Origin: a virus
IMG/VR virus record: IMGVR_UViG_3300032047_000006
Location: 1 to 64,000 of that record
DNA length: 64,000 bases
Direction: 5' to 3' (one strand)
The position numbers and the translations under genes are program-made. A model generated the notes under the pieces. That model made no database searches, was not told where the DNA came from, and saw only the letters and a program-made list of their open reading frames with translations. This document shows, one piece after another, positions 1-8,005 of this stretch (its first letter is position 1; each line of letters opens with the position of its first letter).

Positions 1-1
1 C

Positions 2-30
2 TTGACTTCTACATCAAGAGTTGCTATTGT
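2..30 (+). promoter_or_regulatory. sigma70-type early promoter
   Basis: TTGACT-N17-TATTGT with TG upstream of the -10, followed by leader GTGGTTGGGAGA. Confidence 0.75.
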
Positions 31-75
31 GTATATGTGGTTGGGAGAGAGCCACTTAACAAAAAGGAAAGAATC

Positions 76-576
76 ATGAAGCGAACAACATTTCTTAAAA
101 AAGCAAAGAAGCTAGGACTTGAAGTTGAAGAGAATGAGCGTCGGTGTTATATCCGCCACAACGGAACAATAGCTTCTTGGTTCTGGCAAGAGAACTGGCA
201 GACTAAAGAACTAGAAGGCACTAACTGGCATACAAAGGGTGAGCATCAAGAAAGCGATCCTTACACTGACTATTACCCAGGAACATTCTGGAGCAATGCT
301 AGTCAAATGCTTAATCGTCTAGTTCCTCCTGGTTCTAAGCACAAGGTTGGCGCTCTTCTGAGATGTAAAGAGAATAAGCGCAATGGACGCTATAATCGTG
401 TTGCTCGAATGGGCTTGATGATTGATGCCGGACAGAAGCAAGCAAAGATTCAGTGGTTGACACCTACTGCTGGTGAGCTTCGAATGCAAGAACTTTACCC
501 CAATACTTACGGCAGAGGCGGCGTTTACACTGAGTGGGTTCAGGATAATGACTTGGAAGTTGTTAGTGCTGCATAA
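76..576 (+). CDS. Hypothetical early protein with C-terminal KOW/SH3-like region
   Basis: ORF; ATG at 76 after RBS AAAGGAAA (the track's GTG at 37 is the leader motif); 'KHKVGALLRC' motif. Confidence 0.8.
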   Translation: MKRTTFLKKAKKLGLEVEENERRCYIRHNGTIASWFWQENWQTKELEGTNWHTKGEHQESDPYTDYYPGTFWSNASQMLNRLVPPGSKHKVGALLRCKENKRNGRYNRVARMGLMIDAGQKQAKIQWLTPTAGELRMQELYPNTYGRGGVYTEWVQDNDLEVVSAA

Positions 577-602
577 AAAAGTAAATTAATTGCGTTTTTT
601 AC

Positions 603-631
603 TTGCTATTTAGATTAGAGTATGAGATAGT
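603..631 (+). promoter_or_regulatory. sigma70-type early promoter
   Basis: TTGCTA-N17-GATAGT followed by GTGGTTGGGAG. Confidence 0.65.
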
Positions 632-695
632 GATCATGTGGTTGGGAGTTGTGGTGATTCCCGAGAGAAAGAAAGAAAAAAAGGAAAAGTAGAAA

Positions 696-1787
696 ATGTC
701 AGTTGATTTTGAAACATTTATTAAAGTTGCTCCTCACGTCACTGCTGTTAAGAAGCCTGTGCTTCTCAGAGGACGTCACGGCATAGGCAAGTCCTGTGTT
801 GTTTATCAAACTGCTGCTGGGCTTAATCTTCCAGTTGTCGAGCGTCGTGCAAGTCAGATGACTGAAGGTGACTTGGTTGGTTTGCCTGTCATAGACGGCG
901 AATGCACTCGCTTTAACCCACCAGACTGGTTCCACCAAGCTTGCAATGAGCCTGTTGTTCTCTTCCTAGACGAAGTTGATCGTGCTACCATCGAGGTTCG
1001 TCAAGGTATTTTCGAGTTAACAGACTCTAGAAAGCTTAATGGGCATGTTCTTCATCCTAATACTCTTATCTTTGCTGCTGTAAATGGTGGTGAGCACGGT
1101 GAGCAGTACCAAGTAGGGGAAATGGATCCTGCTGAGTTGGATCGTTGGACAGTGTTCGATGTTGAACCTACTGTTGAAGACTGGTTAACTTGGGCTAAAG
1201 AAAACGTTGACAGCGTTATTTGGAATTTCATTAATCAGAATCGCAATCACTTGGAACATACAAGTGAGTTCGAGCCTAACAAGGTTTATCCAAGTCGACG
1301 TTCTTGGGATCGTTTGAATGAATGTCTTGTCAATGCTTCTTTCATCTCTGATGAGAATCGCAAAGAGTCACTTGGCATGATTTATGAGTTGACAACTGCT
1401 TTCGTTGGTTTCGAAGCTGCTGTTGCTTTCCGTGACTTCTGTGACAAGTACGAGAGTCAAGTACTTATCGAAGACATTCTTGATAACGGTGAGTTAGAAA
1501 AGGTTAAAGACTTCTCCATCAATGATCACTCGGCGATGGTAGAGAAAATGGAATCAGCAGGTACCTTCGAAGAAGAGCTGACTGAAGCCCAGGTTCAAAA
1601 CCTTGTTGACTACTTTGTAATGTTGCCAAGTGAAGTTGCAATGAAGCTCTTCACAGTTATCGGTAACGCTGGTGAGGCTGGACAACAGAACGTTATCAAG
1701 CTTCACAAATCACATGCTTCGGTTGATGGACGCCAGTTCTCTCGAATCATCGTTGAATTAATCACTGGTTCCGACCCGGAAGCCTAA
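696..1787 (+). CDS. MoxR-family AAA+ ATPase
   Basis: Walker A GRHGIGKS, Walker B LFLDE, sensor-1 AAVN, arginine finger DPAELDR, PSRRSW motif; next to a VWA gene. Confidence 0.92.
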   Translation: MSVDFETFIKVAPHVTAVKKPVLLRGRHGIGKSCVVYQTAAGLNLPVVERRASQMTEGDLVGLPVIDGECTRFNPPDWFHQACNEPVVLFLDEVDRATIEVRQGIFELTDSRKLNGHVLHPNTLIFAAVNGGEHGEQYQVGEMDPAELDRWTVFDVEPTVEDWLTWAKENVDSVIWNFINQNRNHLEHTSEFEPNKVYPSRRSWDRLNECLVNASFISDENRKESLGMIYELTTAFVGFEAAVAFRDFCDKYESQVLIEDILDNGELEKVKDFSINDHSAMVEKMESAGTFEEELTEAQVQNLVDYFVMLPSEVAMKLFTVIGNAGEAGQQNVIKLHKSHASVDGRQFSRIIVELITGSDPEA

Positions 1788-1796
1788 AGTATCCTT

Positions 1797-1856
1797 CCCT
1801 TCCTGCGTAGTTCTCTCACCACCTACTTTCCTTTTTCTACGCAGGAAGGGTTTTTT
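1797..1856 (+). terminator. Intrinsic terminator with perfect 14-bp stem and 26-nt loop
   Basis: CCCTTCCTGCGTAG (1797-1810) / CTACGCAGGAAGGG (1837-1850) followed by T6. Confidence 0.8.
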
Positions 1857-1859
1857 CTC

Positions 1860-1888
1860 TTGACATTCGGTGAGAAATTTGGGATACT
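1860..1888 (+). promoter_or_regulatory. sigma70-type early promoter
   Basis: TTGACA-N17-GATACT followed by GTGGTTAGGAGA. Confidence 0.75.
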
Positions 1889-1918
1889 CTAAGAGTGGTT
1901 AGGAGATTAGGAAAGATT

Positions 1919-3139
1919 ATGACTTTTGATTTAAACAAACATACTGCTCGACTCCTCAGAGATGAGCCGTTCTTCGCCGCTCTGTCCAGAAAGATAGACA
2001 AGCGAGCTTCCACTGCTATTCCTACAGCAGGCGTTAGAGTCAACCCTGACTCTGGCTATTTCGAGATGCTTTACAATCCAGAGTTCTTCGAAGGGTTAAC
2101 CGACTCTCACAAGCAAGGTGTTCTCATGCATGAGTTCTACCACCTTGTCTTTGAACATGTTACTGGGCGTTTGCCTGAAGGTGGCATGTCCATGATTTGG
2201 AACCAAGCTACTGACTTGGCTATCAACTCTCATTTGATGGGTAAACTTCCTAAGGGCGCTCTGATTCCTGGTGAAGGTTACTTCGAAGGCTTTCCTGTCG
2301 GCGCTACTGCTGATCAATACTTGGAGCTTTTAAAACAAAAAAAGCAAGAACAAGAAGAGAACGGCGAAGGTAAAGGTGGAGAAGGAGAGGGCGAAGGAGA
2401 AGAAGGTAACGGTTCAGGCTCTGGTTCCGGCTCTGGCAATGGACATTCTGATCCTGGTGCCTGGGATGATCACTCTGGTTGGGGCGAGACTGATAACACT
2501 ACTAATGAGATTGCTAAAGAACGTTTAAAAGAAGCTGTAAAGAAAGCAGCTGAAGAAGCTAGTAAAGGTTCTGGTTGGGGTTCAGTCTCTTCAAAGTGTC
2601 GACAAGACATCATTGATTCAGTAACTACTAAGGTTTGCTGGCGTAAAGTCTTGCGATACTTCATTAAGACGTCTCAGAAGGCGAACAAGCGCTCTACAAT
2701 CAAGCGAGTTAACAAACGTTACGCCTATATCCACCCAGGCAAGAAAGTCCAGCGACAAGCCAAGATTGCCATCGCAATTGATCAATCTGGTTCTGTCGAC
2801 AATACAATGCTTACAAAGTTCTTCTCTGAGTTGAACAACTTAGCAAAATTAGCAGAGTTCACAATCATTCCTTTCGATCACGAAGTTGATGAGAATAAAA
2901 TCTACGTCTGGAAGAAAGGTGAACGACGGAAAACAGAGCGTGTATTGACTGGCGGTACTTGCTTCGATGCTCCTACTGATTATGTTAATCGTCATAACTT
3001 TGACGGTGTCATTATCTTGACAGATATGTATGCTCCCAAGCCAAAGAACTGCAAGGCACAGCGAATGTGGATGACTGATGCATCCTGCGCTGCGCATCCT
3101 TATTTCACCACACGAGAACGTGTAATTGTTATCGATTAA
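1919..3139 (+). CDS. Metallopeptidase + VWA domain protein (DUF2201-like), MoxR partner
   Basis: HEFYH zincin motif, 'WNQATDLAINS', G/E/S-rich linker, MIDAS DQSGS..GGT..TD; ATG at 1919. Confidence 0.9.
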   Translation: MTFDLNKHTARLLRDEPFFAALSRKIDKRASTAIPTAGVRVNPDSGYFEMLYNPEFFEGLTDSHKQGVLMHEFYHLVFEHVTGRLPEGGMSMIWNQATDLAINSHLMGKLPKGALIPGEGYFEGFPVGATADQYLELLKQKKQEQEENGEGKGGEGEGEGEEGNGSGSGSGSGNGHSDPGAWDDHSGWGETDNTTNEIAKERLKEAVKKAAEEASKGSGWGSVSSKCRQDIIDSVTTKVCWRKVLRYFIKTSQKANKRSTIKRVNKRYAYIHPGKKVQRQAKIAIAIDQSGSVDNTMLTKFFSELNNLAKLAEFTIIPFDHEVDENKIYVWKKGERRKTERVLTGGTCFDAPTDYVNRHNFDGVIILTDMYAPKPKNCKAQRMWMTDASCAAHPYFTTRERVIVID

Positions 3140-3172
3140 TCCGAGAACAAAAGAAATAAAATAACTAATTAA

Positions 3173-3347
3173 TTGACTGAGAATATAAGGTGTGGTATAG
3201 CCATTGTCTCAGTCAGAGTAGGGTAAGCACTATATACTGGAATGACTTCAGCCGGATACAAGGCATGCACGATGAAGTAAACATAGTTAACCAATTGGGT
3301 TGTTGGTGTGAAGAAGGGAAGGCTTGGCTCAAGTACTTCCCTTTTTT
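3173..3347 (+). ncRNA. Candidate structured non-coding RNA (~175 nt)
   Basis: No ORF; late motif CTAATTA at 3165-3171; stems TGACTGAGA/TCTCAGTCA and ACTTCA/TGAAGT; ends in an intrinsic terminator. Confidence 0.5.
3314..3347 (+). terminator. Intrinsic terminator
   Basis: AAGGGAAG-GCTTG..CAAGT-A-CTTCCCTT followed by a T-tract. Confidence 0.75.
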
Positions 3348-3359
3348 ATTATAAAAGAC

Positions 3360-3389
3360 TTGACAATAGCTAATAAGGTATGGTATATA
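3360..3389 (+). promoter_or_regulatory. sigma70-type promoter
   Basis: TTGACA followed by extended -10 TGgTATATA. Confidence 0.5.
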
Positions 3390-3390
3390 T

Positions 3391-3545
3391 AGGGGTAGGT
3401 AGGGGAGCCCCCTCCCCCTCCGGGATCTAAGTCCCTAGGGGATCTACCCCCTCCCCAGGTGAAGCTAGGTACATTCACGATCACACGGCAAAATTTGGAG
3501 ACTTAGGGTATTCCCCCTAAAGACAAGCTTAAAATACCCCCGTAT
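3391..3545. repeat. G/C-run palindromic non-coding block
   Basis: GGGGTAG/CTACCCC, GGGATCTAAGTCCC, TTAGGG/CCCTAA and GTGAA/TTCAC inverted repeats; CCCCCTCCCC twice. Confidence 0.6.
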
Positions 3546-3601
3546 AAAAATTTGAGATTCTATTGGACTACTTAGAGTAGAACATAGGAGGGTATTGGAG
3601 G

Positions 3602-3946
3602 ATGGGTTCACCAGAAGAGGTTATAAAGGCAACAGAAGGGATTATATCGGGCTTGCTTGGGCACTATGGGTGGATGTTTATCGCAGCCTTCGCAATCCTC
3701 CTATTCAAGAACATTGTATCGAACGCACTTGATGGCATACTCTTTATGTTTGGGCACGACTTCGATGTGGATGACATCGTTTATATAGGGGGCACGAAGA
3801 AGGCGAGAATCATCCGCCAAACCCCCACCAAAACGGTATTCCACCTTATAGAGTCGGATAGAAAACTTATTGTGCCTAATGGGGCGCTTTACTCTCTAAG
3901 AATAGAAAAGGTTCTTCCTGGCTCTAAGGGCGGAAAAGAGATTTAG
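3602..3946 (+). CDS. Small membrane protein with MscS-like beta domain
   Basis: Hydrophobic helix then 'FDVDDIVYIG..ARII..TVF..LIVPN..L' pattern; RBS GGAGG; late motif at 3568. Confidence 0.6.
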   Translation: MGSPEEVIKATEGIISGLLGHYGWMFIAAFAILLFKNIVSNALDGILFMFGHDFDVDDIVYIGGTKKARIIRQTPTKTVFHLIESDRKLIVPNGALYSLRIEKVLPGSKGGKEI

Positions 3947-3949
3947 AAA

Positions 3950-3958
3950 CTACTTATA
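3950..3958 (+). promoter_or_regulatory. Putative late promoter (CTAHTTA)
   Basis: CTACTTATA upstream of 3995. Confidence 0.65.
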
Positions 3959-3994
3959 GAGGACTGGAAACGACAATTCACCTGGAGCACCATA

Positions 3995-4288
3995 ATGAAA
4001 ATCAAAAAAGAAGAATTATTAAAGATTATTAAAGAAGAAACCAAAAGGGTTTTGAGCGAAGGGCGCTATCATTTTGCGAACTCTTTCGGCGAACTTAACG
4101 TTTCGGAAGATCCAAGAGCGCAAGCATTTGAGCAGTGCATAAAGATTCTTAACGAATTAACCTACGACTCCCTAGAAGACGAGGTTGCTTCTATGGCTGA
4201 TGAAGCTGCTCGTGCGTTATGGAAAGCAGCAGAAGAATTAGATTATAAAAGAAATCAAGTTGGAAATCTTGAAGAAGGAGAAAAGTAA
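3995..4288 (+). CDS. Putative internal head protein
   Basis: N-terminal 'LLKIIKEETKRVLSE' helix; late motif at 3950. Confidence 0.7.
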   Translation: MKIKKEELLKIIKEETKRVLSEGRYHFANSFGELNVSEDPRAQAFEQCIKILNELTYDSLEDEVASMADEAARALWKAAEELDYKRNQVGNLEEGEK

Positions 4289-5196
4289 TGTCTAAGGTAA
4301 CAAAAACGGAAAAGATTTTGCGTAAGGCAACAGGTAAATGGGAAAAATTTCTCGCAGAAGGTGCTTTCAATCAAGCGCAAACACAAGAGCCCATCGACGA
4401 AGCAAGAATGGGTGAATACGGCAAGATTGATGCTCAGGACGGAAACCCTCCTACAAAGATTGGTCGAGGCAACGAAGAATACATGGCAGCTTATAACGCT
4501 GTGCTTCAAGCTAGAGGCGAAGAACCTCTTGACATTCAGAAGCCAGACCAAGCCTACCTTGACGCACTTCAGCAAGGCAGAATGAAACCTTCCGACCATA
4601 GCTATAACTTGGAAGAACAGGAAAAAAAAAGTTTTAAAGTAGGCGAGTTCGTCTATGTTGTTAATGGTTCACTTAAAGGTGCCAGCGGCAAGATTCTAGA
4701 ACCAATTACTACTTCAACTGGTGAAGAAGGTTTTGTTATTGAACTCTATTCCGACGCCAAGATGAAAGTCTTCGGCAAAAGAGGCGACGAAGTTATTGTT
4801 CTTCCAGGAGACTTAGAGTCAGGTGGTACAAGCGACGACATGGAACTCTACGACATCGACGAGCGTTCAGAAGACGACGAGCGTGATTTGGAAGAACCTG
4901 TAAAGTATGGCTCTGGTGCAGAGCTAGAGTGGGATGCTAAAGCGCAAAAGCACTACGATAGAAAGCGTGATATGTATATCGACGATAAGGAAGAAGAAGA
5001 CAATCTTACAAAGGAAGGTGCTGGACACGATGAATCTATCGCTCAAGCACAAAACCAAGGCGTTGCTTTTATTCGTGGCAGAGATGATAGAGCAGCAGGT
5101 AAGGAAAGAGATCCTAGTTTCTCTGAAGAAAGTGGACGTAATCCTTTAGAGGTTCTTTTTTATAATGCAGGATATGGCGATGAAAAAACTATTTGA
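4288..5196 (+). CDS. Acidic modular putative head protein (KOW motif, two Rmf-like motifs)
   Basis: KOW 'FKVGEFVYVVNGSLKGASGKI'; repeated [LI]xE sites. Confidence 0.7.
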   Translation: MSKVTKTEKILRKATGKWEKFLAEGAFNQAQTQEPIDEARMGEYGKIDAQDGNPPTKIGRGNEEYMAAYNAVLQARGEEPLDIQKPDQAYLDALQQGRMKPSDHSYNLEEQEKKSFKVGEFVYVVNGSLKGASGKILEPITTSTGEEGFVIELYSDAKMKVFGKRGDEVIVLPGDLESGGTSDDMELYDIDERSEDDERDLEEPVKYGSGAELEWDAKAQKHYDRKRDMYIDDKEEEDNLTKEGAGHDESIAQAQNQGVAFIRGRDDRAAGKERDPSFSEESGRNPLEVLFYNAGYGDEKTI

Positions 5197-5857
5197 AAAC
5201 TGGCGTAAGTGGAATAAGACTCTTAATGAAGATTGGTATTCCGATGAGCACGAAACACGTGCAGACAAGGAATTCGCTGATTCTATGGATACTGGTGCTA
5301 CACATAGTTCTTACTCAGAAGATCCGGAATTTGATCAGATTCATGACATCTCTCTGGATTCTCTTGAGTCTGGTCCTATGGGAAGAAACTCCAACTTAGA
5401 TATTTCAGATATCGCACGACGGCTTGAAGCTCAGTCTTTTGATGTTGAGATTAATGCCGCCGGATTGGACATCGACGGCAAGTATCAAATCGGGCTTATG
5501 CGGGACTTACCTCCCCATAGCCGTAGACAGATTTCTAATACCCCTTTCGGCTTGTCATACATCCAAGATGGCGCTCCTGATGCGCTTCCTAAGCAGTCTG
5601 GTATGGGTAGAGCTGTTAACGAAGGTGCCATGGCTCCTTATAGAATTACGTTTAACGACAAAGTCGACTTAAATACAGTTCAAGAACTGTCGCTTGAAGT
5701 CATCGGTGTCGATGAAAAAATCTCTGACAACTCTAAAGAGGGTTTCGCTGAGATCGCAGCCACTCCAAAAGGAATCAAGCGAGTCGTTGACATTTTTAAG
5801 AAAAATGGTTTGCCAACAGACGTCATTACCAACGCCAAGGGCGAAAATATCCTATAA
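5180..5857 (+). CDS. Putative internal head protein
   Basis: N-terminus MKKLFENWRKWNKTLNE; acidic; start 5174 or 5180. Confidence 0.7.
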   Translation: MKKLFENWRKWNKTLNEDWYSDEHETRADKEFADSMDTGATHSSYSEDPEFDQIHDISLDSLESGPMGRNSNLDISDIARRLEAQSFDVEINAAGLDIDGKYQIGLMRDLPPHSRRQISNTPFGLSYIQDGAPDALPKQSGMGRAVNEGAMAPYRITFNDKVDLNTVQELSLEVIGVDEKISDNSKEGFAEIAATPKGIKRVVDIFKKNGLPTDVITNAKGENIL

Positions 5858-6008
5858 CCCCCTACATAAACCTACCTTTGACATGCGGAAAAGTGTTCAA
5901 AGGTGGCACCCTCACCTACTCTTACCTACAAAAGATAAAAGTGTCAAGTTTCTGATACCTCTCATTTGCTGTCAAAATACTGACACATTATAATTGTTAT
6001 GACATAAA

Positions 6009-6017
6009 CTACTTATA
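6009..6017 (+). promoter_or_regulatory. Putative late promoter
   Basis: CTACTTATA upstream of 6061. Confidence 0.6.
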
Positions 6018-6060
6018 ATATACGAAAAATATATTTTCGCACCCCGAGGAGAACACTTTA

Positions 6061-6387
6061 ATGAATATTTCAATGGAAGAAATCCAAATATACGGATCTT
6101 TTATAGCCCTAATCGCCGCCATCGTATTTGCGGCAAGAGTTATGAGCAAGGGCACTCAAGAAGAAAAACTATCAAATTATAAAAATATTGCTTTGATGGC
6201 AAGCAATCTCGTGAACTGCAAAGTAGGAACGAGAAAGAAAGTCCTAACTGATTTATATTTAGATCCAGACTGGACTGAGAATGAAGTTGATGAACTTAAA
6301 GGTGTCCTTGAGGGCATGCTTAAAACACGACTCACAATCGATAAACCTGGCTTTGAAACAAAAGGGATTAAAACTATACAAGAATGA
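6061..6387 (+). CDS. Hypothetical membrane protein
   Basis: N-terminal TM helix; RBS GAGGAG; late motif at 6009. Confidence 0.75.
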   Translation: MNISMEEIQIYGSFIALIAAIVFAARVMSKGTQEEKLSNYKNIALMASNLVNCKVGTRKKVLTDLYLDPDWTENEVDELKGVLEGMLKTRLTIDKPGFETKGIKTIQE

Positions 6388-6752
6388 GTAATAGAGAAGA
6401 GCCATGGTGGGCAGGACTAAATGACTGTTGGTCCCAGGATAGGACAGTCTTCTTAACTTCTGGAGAAGGACTAGATCCAATGGATAATGAACACTGGCTA
6501 GGAGATTTAGTCTTTCATAGGTTCTTCTCATCCGACGATTATGATCCAAGAAATGTAAAAGTAGTATTAGTCGAGGCTAATAAATGGAACAAGTGGCAAA
6601 GATGGCTCGAAAAGCATAAAACTAAAAATACAATGACTCCCGTATACGTTCACCCTGTAGAGCAAGTCCTTATTTCCAGGAAATCCTTCAGGATAATTAA
6701 ATGGGTAGATGAGTATCGTCCGTTTGACTTTTTCGTAGATCCTATTATATAA
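6384..6752 (+). CDS. Hypothetical protein
   Basis: ORF coupled by ATGA overlap. Confidence 0.7.
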   Translation: MSNREEPWWAGLNDCWSQDRTVFLTSGEGLDPMDNEHWLGDLVFHRFFSSDDYDPRNVKVVLVEANKWNKWQRWLEKHKTKNTMTPVYVHPVEQVLISRKSFRIIKWVDEYRPFDFFVDPII

Positions 6753-6779
6753 TTCCTTAGTCTTGCCATAGTTACCCAT

Positions 6780-7106
6780 ATGGAAGACGAGCCAAAGAAG
6801 ATTCCCCTAGCAGTCCCTCCTAGCCCAATGCAGTCCAACGGGCTCCCCAACGTAGGGGATATAGTAGAATGGGTTAACCTTTTAGAAGTATGGAGTAATG
6901 ATAAGTGGGTAGACGACGGTGGTCCTTACTTCGACATAAAGAATTGGGAAGACGATTTGGTTAGAACAGGATTGGTTATAGAAGAATCCTTAATAGATGA
7001 AGTATGGTATTGGACTGTTTGGCAATGGGGCACCGGCAGGTGTTATTGCATTACAAATGAAACGGAACAAATACGGATATTGTCCCGATGTGAAGATATA
7101 ATATAA
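6780..7106 (+). CDS. Hypothetical protein, KOW/SH3-like
   Basis: 'NVGDIVEW...TGLVIE' pattern. Confidence 0.65.
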   Translation: MEDEPKKIPLAVPPSPMQSNGLPNVGDIVEWVNLLEVWSNDKWVDDGGPYFDIKNWEDDLVRTGLVIEESLIDEVWYWTVWQWGTGRCYCITNETEQIRILSRCEDII

Positions 7107-7177
7107 AAAAAATAATTTTTTATCTCCTTTTTCTTCTACCTCCTTCTACTTTATTATGTGAAATAAAGGAAATCAAT

Positions 7178-7351
7178 ATGAATGACACTATAGATGAGAT
7201 TAGCGAAGAACTCTGGCAACTGATTGTTGAACTTCTAGAGAACAAGCTTCTCGAATTCGGTGTTACCGAAGAGAGAGAAGAGTGGACAAAGGCTGAAGTT
7301 TCCTCTAAGCTCCTTACTAAGTTAGAGAATGATTTACTTATTGAAAGTTGA
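7178..7351 (+). CDS. Small acidic hypothetical protein (57 aa, not in ORF track)
   Basis: RBS AAAGGAAA then ATG; MNDTIDEISEELWQLIVELLENKLLEFG...LLIES*. Confidence 0.7.
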   Translation: MNDTIDEISEELWQLIVELLENKLLEFGVTEEREEWTKAEVSSKLLTKLENDLLIES

Positions 7352-7416
7352 CTGTTGCTTTCTTGTCCTAAAAGGCAAGAAAAATTTTACGGCAGTCGTT
7401 TCAAGGAATTTTTATT

Positions 7417-7623
7417 ATGAAAAATATTACATGCCCTATTAGAATTGCTGACGACGTGGAGTTTGCACTCGAAGAGTCTATACAAGATCAAATGTCCTGG
7501 ACTGCAATGATGCCTCAAGGTGATTTGACAAAGCTAAAAAAGGTTTGCAAGCCAATCACCACCGTCAATGGTATGACGTTCTGGGTTCTTGATATTGACA
7601 AAGTTGATTTCATTCAAGAATAA
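7417..7623 (+). CDS. Hypothetical protein
   Basis: ORF with RBS AAGGA. Confidence 0.7.
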   Translation: MKNITCPIRIADDVEFALEESIQDQMSWTAMMPQGDLTKLKKVCKPITTVNGMTFWVLDIDKVDFIQE

Positions 7624-7836
7624 ACAGTAATTATCTCTCGCCGTTTAACGCTCTAAACGGCAGAAATTTTCTTTCGGAGTTCGTGGCAATGCCGACAAGC
7701 GTTAATTTTAAGTTAGGAGTTATTTCTCTATTCCTCGCCGTCGGACTCAAAATATATCACTCTAATCCCCACCTCTTTTAAAACCTTTACTTGTGCCGTT
7801 TCTTGTGCTATTATATCTTTTAGATCCTACTTATTA

Positions 7837-7968
7837 TTAAGGGTATGAGGAAACATAAATTACTTGGTTCAAAGTTGTCAACGAACCTTCGTCAAGAATA
7901 AGGAGTATTACTTCTAGGACACATTAAAGGACAACTAGCACGACGGAGCAAAAGAAGTCAGCCCTTAA
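7837..7968 (+). ncRNA. Candidate structured non-coding RNA (~130 nt)
   Basis: Starts right after late motif CTACTTA (7827); closing stem TTAAGGG/CCCTTAA with several internal hairpins; no ORF. Confidence 0.4.
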
Positions 7969-7976
7969 CAAACTGC

Positions 7977-8005
7977 TTGACTTTCAAGTAAAAGTGTAGT
8001 ACATT
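7977..8005 (+). promoter_or_regulatory. sigma70-type promoter
   Basis: TTGACT-N17-TACATT. Confidence 0.65.

Noticed and set aside
2360-2440. GGT/GAA-rich tandem repeats
   Set aside because: They encode an ordinary Gly/Glu/Ser linker between the peptidase and VWA domains
4622-4630. A9 run as a frameshift or phase-variation site
   Set aside because: The ORF reads through in frame (E-K-K-S) and no useful alternative product is evident
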